A stretch of 64,000 bases of DNA from Lingula anatina (taxonomy: Eukaryota; Animalia; Brachiopoda), in the NCBI GenBank assembly GCA_051362555.1, contig CM120649.1, forward strand, positions 16,568,567 to 16,632,566. Direction: 5' to 3'. The first letter of the stretch is position 1, and each line of letters opens with the position of its first letter. The notes under the pieces are model-generated. The model did not search any database. It saw only the letters and a list, made by a program, of their open reading frames with translations, and was not told where the DNA came from. Positions 58,778 to 64,000 of this stretch are shown one piece after another. Both the position numbers and the translations under genes were made by a program.

Positions 58778-60098
58778 TTATTCTTCATCGGAAGGACATC
58801 TTTCGTAGGCTTTTCCATCAGATTTTTCTTCCTAGAATACAGAACAGAGTATAATACAGGGTTTCTTAAACCAATCTAAAATTATTCCTGCAAGACAAAA
58901 ATAAACATGTTAACAAAAAAAAAAAAAAAAAAGGAATAATAAAAAGGTGACGCACGGCATGCTACACTGTAAAAAAGGTAGACTATTCCAACTGTAAAAA
59001 AAAAAAAAAAAAAAAAAAAAAATACCGGTATCTGGTGAATAGTGAATATGTGAATATGGAAAAAAACAATAACTTTTCTACACTTACCGAACACTCTTCT
59101 GGCACTGGATGACAGATCATTATCAGACATAAACATGCGTATAAGATACACACGAATGCAACCAGGTAACATGCCCTGCAATGTGTACAGATAGGCCAGT
59201 GTGAATAGATATCAGAATTAATAAGACGATCAAACATGCAAATGAATAAACACACACACATATATAATTGTTCCTTCTTATGTGTAATGAGCTTATAGAG
59301 TAAACTATGTGATTATGTATGCCCATGTTTAATGTTTAATTTTGTGATTCTGTCTTTATGTCGTCACAAAGCCAACAAAGAGAATGGCGATTGACAAGGG
59401 GTGTTATAAATAAAAAAGGAAGAAAGAAAAATATCAAGTTTAACATCAGAATAACAAATTATAAGGCCTTTCTCTGAATAATCTTACCATTCGAACGTTG
59501 TAGCGGCCATAAGTGCCCCAGTACCTGACGTTCCTTAAAAAAAAACAAAGTGGATTATGGATTAGGACTTTGTTCTACTCAAAGCGAGAAAGAGAGAAAG
59601 AGAGATTCCCTTTCAACTGACTGCGTGACAAACTGTTACTCTAATGGTTTCAAATTAATGTTATTTTTTTGTTTTAAGAGAAATATTGACTTGAATGAGA
59701 TACGAAAAGAAGCCTTATAGTTTAAGAAAAACCCCAACCCATAAATTGACTTGACTATTGACACCTGTTATGCAAGGTAAGCTATACCCACCAACAGCGA
59801 ACCCCAGAGACAACATGGCGCTGGAAAGTCCGAGCACCTGCGCTATCTCGGAGTTGTGACGTAGCTCCACGAGGTTGGTTACTATGGGCGACACGACTGT
59901 AATCACAAAGGCAAATCCAGCACACAAGATACAGTTCGGTGCCAGAGCTTCCCAAACACTCCTCGTCCATGGGTACTATTAAAGCGAAAATACTCTCAAT
60001 AAGCAGGTGCAGTTTTGGTTTCTTGGTTTATCATAAAGGTGTGAGAGAGTTAAACTTTTAAATTCAACGTGAACCAATCTTGTCTTCAGCAAAACACT

Positions 60099-60138
<40 letters not shown>

Positions 60139-63100
60139 GGAAAGCCTTTTTTACAAAGGAATTTGAGAACAAAGCTGCATCTGATTTGTAAAGGGTCAAA
60201 TCTGCTAAAACTTTTAGTTTGTAGGCTTACACCAGATTTTGGCCTAAAGTTCTTTTGAAAAATAGGCCCTCAGCTTTTCAGGGAGATAAACTTACCGAAA
60301 TATACGCAGTTACAAATAAGAGCAGTCCTGATGCAGCTAAAATCCAACTGAAACATGTATATAGTTTGGGTTAAGTTTACCTAATGAACTTAACTGAGTT
60401 TACTTAACTAATATATATGACTAGACTACAGCACACATGTACGATGTGATACGTATATTAACTGTATATGCCAATAGTTTGGTTTCAGTAAAGTTTTGAG
60501 AGTTAAACCTGTTGTTGCTGTATGTCATAGTTAAACAGTACAGTCTTCCATGGCAGGAGATATTATAGGCACAGGGTAGTTCATGGTGCCAATCTTTACG
60601 GAGAATGTGGTAATTCATGAGCGCCATCAAAGTCTTCTGTGCGTTCAAAAATCAATGGACTACTTTTATCACAGCAAAGAAAAAAAAGCAAAGTAGTGTT
60701 GTATACGCATCAGTTGTGTTTAGAAGAGAAAAGCGCGTACTTATTGACTATTTTTGATGTATAGAAGAGACAGGCACCTACTTATCAAGTATTTTGGATA
60801 GTCGCTTTACAACTTCTTGCATCATAAGCTGGACAACTCCTGAGACCACAAATAATACACCTGAAAATAAACATGTACAAATAGGTCAAATTGACTGGCA
60901 ACAGCACATGGTAAAAAGAAGCTCGCGCTTAAATTAAAAACTTTTAATGCTCTTAGTATTGAAGATTTTTATAAGCCGGGCAATAAATCCCTCGTGTTTT
61001 GTTATTTCATCGTATCATATAGATAAGTATTCCCTTCCTGTACATGTTAATGTCTGTTGTATGATCAAATAATAAAATAAAACGGAAAGGCATTTAAACA
61101 GCAATAAGAATAATACTTTGCCTAGCAATTTCCCCTCAACAGTAAGGTACATCTAAAACCGTTCACAAAATTACGATCTATACACCCCTGTTATAGTTTT
61201 TATTTTCTGAATACAAATGCTTATTTTGATGCTTATATCCTTAAAGGGTTAATCATCTAATTATTCATGTGTGAAATTCATTTTGGTGCAACTTCATCGC
61301 CCTCTAAATGGTCTGAATACGGAAGTAATTCGAGTCAAATGATACCTATTCTCGGGAATCGAAACTTTAACAAATATACACGATCATTGATTATTTCCTA
61401 GTTTTGCTCATTCCATATGTTTTACCAGTTTCACTAATGGGGTCTTATTAGCTAATGGAAATATTCCAATGATCTAATGCCCTTAAAATGGCCATGTCTA
61501 AATTCCGTTTTAGAATTATAAACACAGGCCACATGCAATATAAATGGCATCTCTCAATACTGCCTCTGTGACGACTCAATTGGAAATAATTGAATGTTCT
61601 AATATCCTTAAAACTATCGTGTCCAAATTTCGTTATAGATGATAAATACGCAAGGTGCATGACATCTCTCAATTCCGTGTCTTTGGCGACTTTCCATATG
61701 AACCCAGTAATGACGTCATTAATGTCCCGGGCATTAATTATAATGGACCAGGGCGGGTCATGTTGTAATTTAAATGCGGCGCACCTACCTATTTGCCACT
61801 CCTGTGCTCCTCGCTGTAGGAGCCACGGTGGCGCCATTGCTAATATTGGGGAGTAGGAAAAGTTTACGACGAAGGCAAAACCTACAAAGAAGAAGTTTTT
61901 CAACATTCATTGTTACAAAGGTGAAAAATAACGAATTTTTAAATGTGAAACTCGGGGTACTTATCAAGGGAGTGGCGTGCAAACACTGGTTAACATACAA
62001 GCATCATCAAAAGAATCTGAATAATTAAAAGTATCGGTCAGAAATGAAAATATCGTTTGGCCACACATAATTGATAAATTTGTTACGAGCAGAGACACGG
62101 TCGGTTGTTGTTCGTTGTTTAAAACCTACGGTGTTCAATGGGCATAGCAGCTATAATAAAATGCACTGGATCCGTGTTGTGCTGTACCGAATAACAGTTC
62201 GATGAAAACCAAACGGAACATTCAACCTTGATCTCGTCCCTGTTGGATGTGCATGCCTTTATATGTTTTAAGTTCCAAAACAAGGCAGTTTGTGGAGAAC
62301 TTACCTAAGGCATGGATAATATACGGGTCTTTTAATATATTGAGAAACCTTGAGATCCTAAACGATTTATTGTCGTCATCAGTACCCTATAATAAAATAA
62401 GAAGTTAATAAATTGACTATATAGACAAATCATTCTCATACTGGTACTGATGAAAAAGTTAATGTTACGAGATTATCAAATATTTTCCAGGGTCTTTTTT
62501 TTTCGTTCGTTCTAATGTTTTAACAGTTTTAAGCGTTCAATTTCACTATACCCAGTAGCTGTATGGCTTAATGGAATAACTAAATGATCTAATTCCCTTA
62601 AAATGGACGTATCTGCGCCCTTTTATCCTAGAAAACTGAATTTATTCGATAACAAATCTTACCTCCGCTGTGGGGCAAACAACCAGCAAACGTAGCCCTA
62701 AGATGAACGAGAGAAAACAAAAAAAATTATTTAATTTCCAAGAACGCATTTGGCTGTTCGAATAAATGGTACGACTACAACATTAAAGCAATAAATCACA
62801 ATGTCATTTGAGATGATGATAATTGGATACATTTATTGCATTATATTATATTATATTATATTATATTATATTATATTATATTATATTATATTATCCCTAC
62901 CTGCGTCAAAACATTTGAGACCTCCCTGTAGAAGAAAAGGCGCCAGTCTGCCCAATAGCTGGTATAACACACTGCCCATGGAGTAACCTCCTAAAATAGG
63001 TCATTTTTTTTATTTTATTTTATTTACTAAAAACCACCTTTAAAAGATGAGTAACAGAATAAATACAAGTCAATTTTATGGAACACTGAATAATTATCTA

Positions 63101-63635
63101 ATAAATTGAAATAATAAGCAATATATAATATTTTGACTGTTATCATCTGAATTGGTCCAAAAACCTGAATATATCTTGCGTTTTGTCTTTTTTTTAATAT
63201 ACCGACTGGAAATAAAATTGACTTGAATGGACATATCCTTGTGACCCCCAAGAAAACCCATAGGTTTGCCTACTCTCTTCAAGAACCACAGATGGATTTT
63301 CCACTAGATATTCGCAGATATGTCTCTGTCTAATTCTACTGTGTCTAGAGGGAATTTATGTATGGAATTATCTTCACGCCTTATCCTGACTCTATTATAG
63401 AGAAGTTAAGTTAGCCATGCAACACAAACTACCTACCTACCTAGCATTCCAACTGCATACCCTCCAAATGCCACTGCAAACGCTTTTGTCCTTTCCTTTT
63501 TATCTTTGAATCTTTCAGCAAGTAATGTCACAGCTACAACAGAACAGTGCAGAAAAACAGTTGCTTTACAAAATGAACGTCAGATTTTTAAAAATTAATT
63601 AAATATGAACGCGTGCATCAGCTGGCGTGCGTGCG

Positions 63636-63697
<62 letters not shown>

Positions 63698-63937
63698 TTC
63701 GGTCCTTAAAAGTAGACAAAATGTATCGTTGAACAACTTAATGACTGCTATGGTGTTGTAGGGCTCAGATAAAATAATAAAAGAAATAAACACTATTATG
63801 TTCAGAAGAAGACTTCTCAGGTGATCATTTTAAGGGGAAGTCTGTAAACTTACCAGCAACATATGTGACACTTGACCCCAGACCCTGAACCATGCGTATC
63901 AGAATCAGCAGAGGGAATTGTTTTACAAATGCAAAAG
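58778..63937 (-). CDS. SLC18/VMAT-like MFS transporter, copy B (last 12 exons; 5' part beyond the window)
   Basis: Exons 63937-63854, 63533-63441, 62990-62901, 62697-62663, 62386-62305, 61881-61789, 60860-60782, 60347-60296, 59975-59792, 59533-59488, 59175-59088, 58831-58778. Sizes and phases match copy A and no stops were seen. Confidence 0.88.
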
Positions 63938-64000
63938 CTGAAATTATACCATCATTAAATTATTCTGAAATTATCATTCACTTAAAATATAAAGATATGT

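Larger units (their letters stand above)
38320..64000. repeat. Tandem segmental duplication (~15.5-16.4 kb period): unit A ~38320-54700, unit B ~54760 to beyond the window
   Basis: Collinear homology of the TRIM ORFs, intergenic blocks (40620-41230 vs 57320-57940), 12 transporter exons of identical size, introns and even the (TATTA)n microsatellite. Confidence 0.95.

Overview
AT-rich, intron-rich animal genomic DNA, probably a marine lophotrochozoan such as a mollusc (inferred from gene content; the species cannot be determined). From left to right: (1) the 5' part of a laccase-type multicopper oxidase on the minus strand, running off the left edge; (2) a complete 20-coding-exon IFT80 gene on the minus strand, whose first coding intron is a U12 AT-AC intron; (3) a head-to-head CXorf58 orthologue on the plus strand, with an intact, apparently very young 4.9-kb DIRS1-type tyrosine-recombinase retrotransposon in one intron; (4) a 4-exon DsbA/FrnE-like thioredoxin-fold gene on the minus strand that the ORF track misses because its active site is UGA-Pro-Trp-Cys. 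It has a canonical SECIS in the 3' UTR and a long hairpin just after the UGA, so it is a selenoprotein; (5) a ~16-kb tandem duplication, each unit holding a TRIM-NHL gene with an intronless CDS and a divergent SLC18/VMAT-like transporter. Many MITEs, a Helentron-type element and microsatellites fill the introns. The most notable points are the selenoprotein recoding cassette and sequence evidence that the DIRS element makes Gag-Pol by -1 frameshifting and Gag-recombinase by frameshifting plus an in-frame internal splice. All gene models were built by eye from translation and splice-phase consistency; no searches were run.
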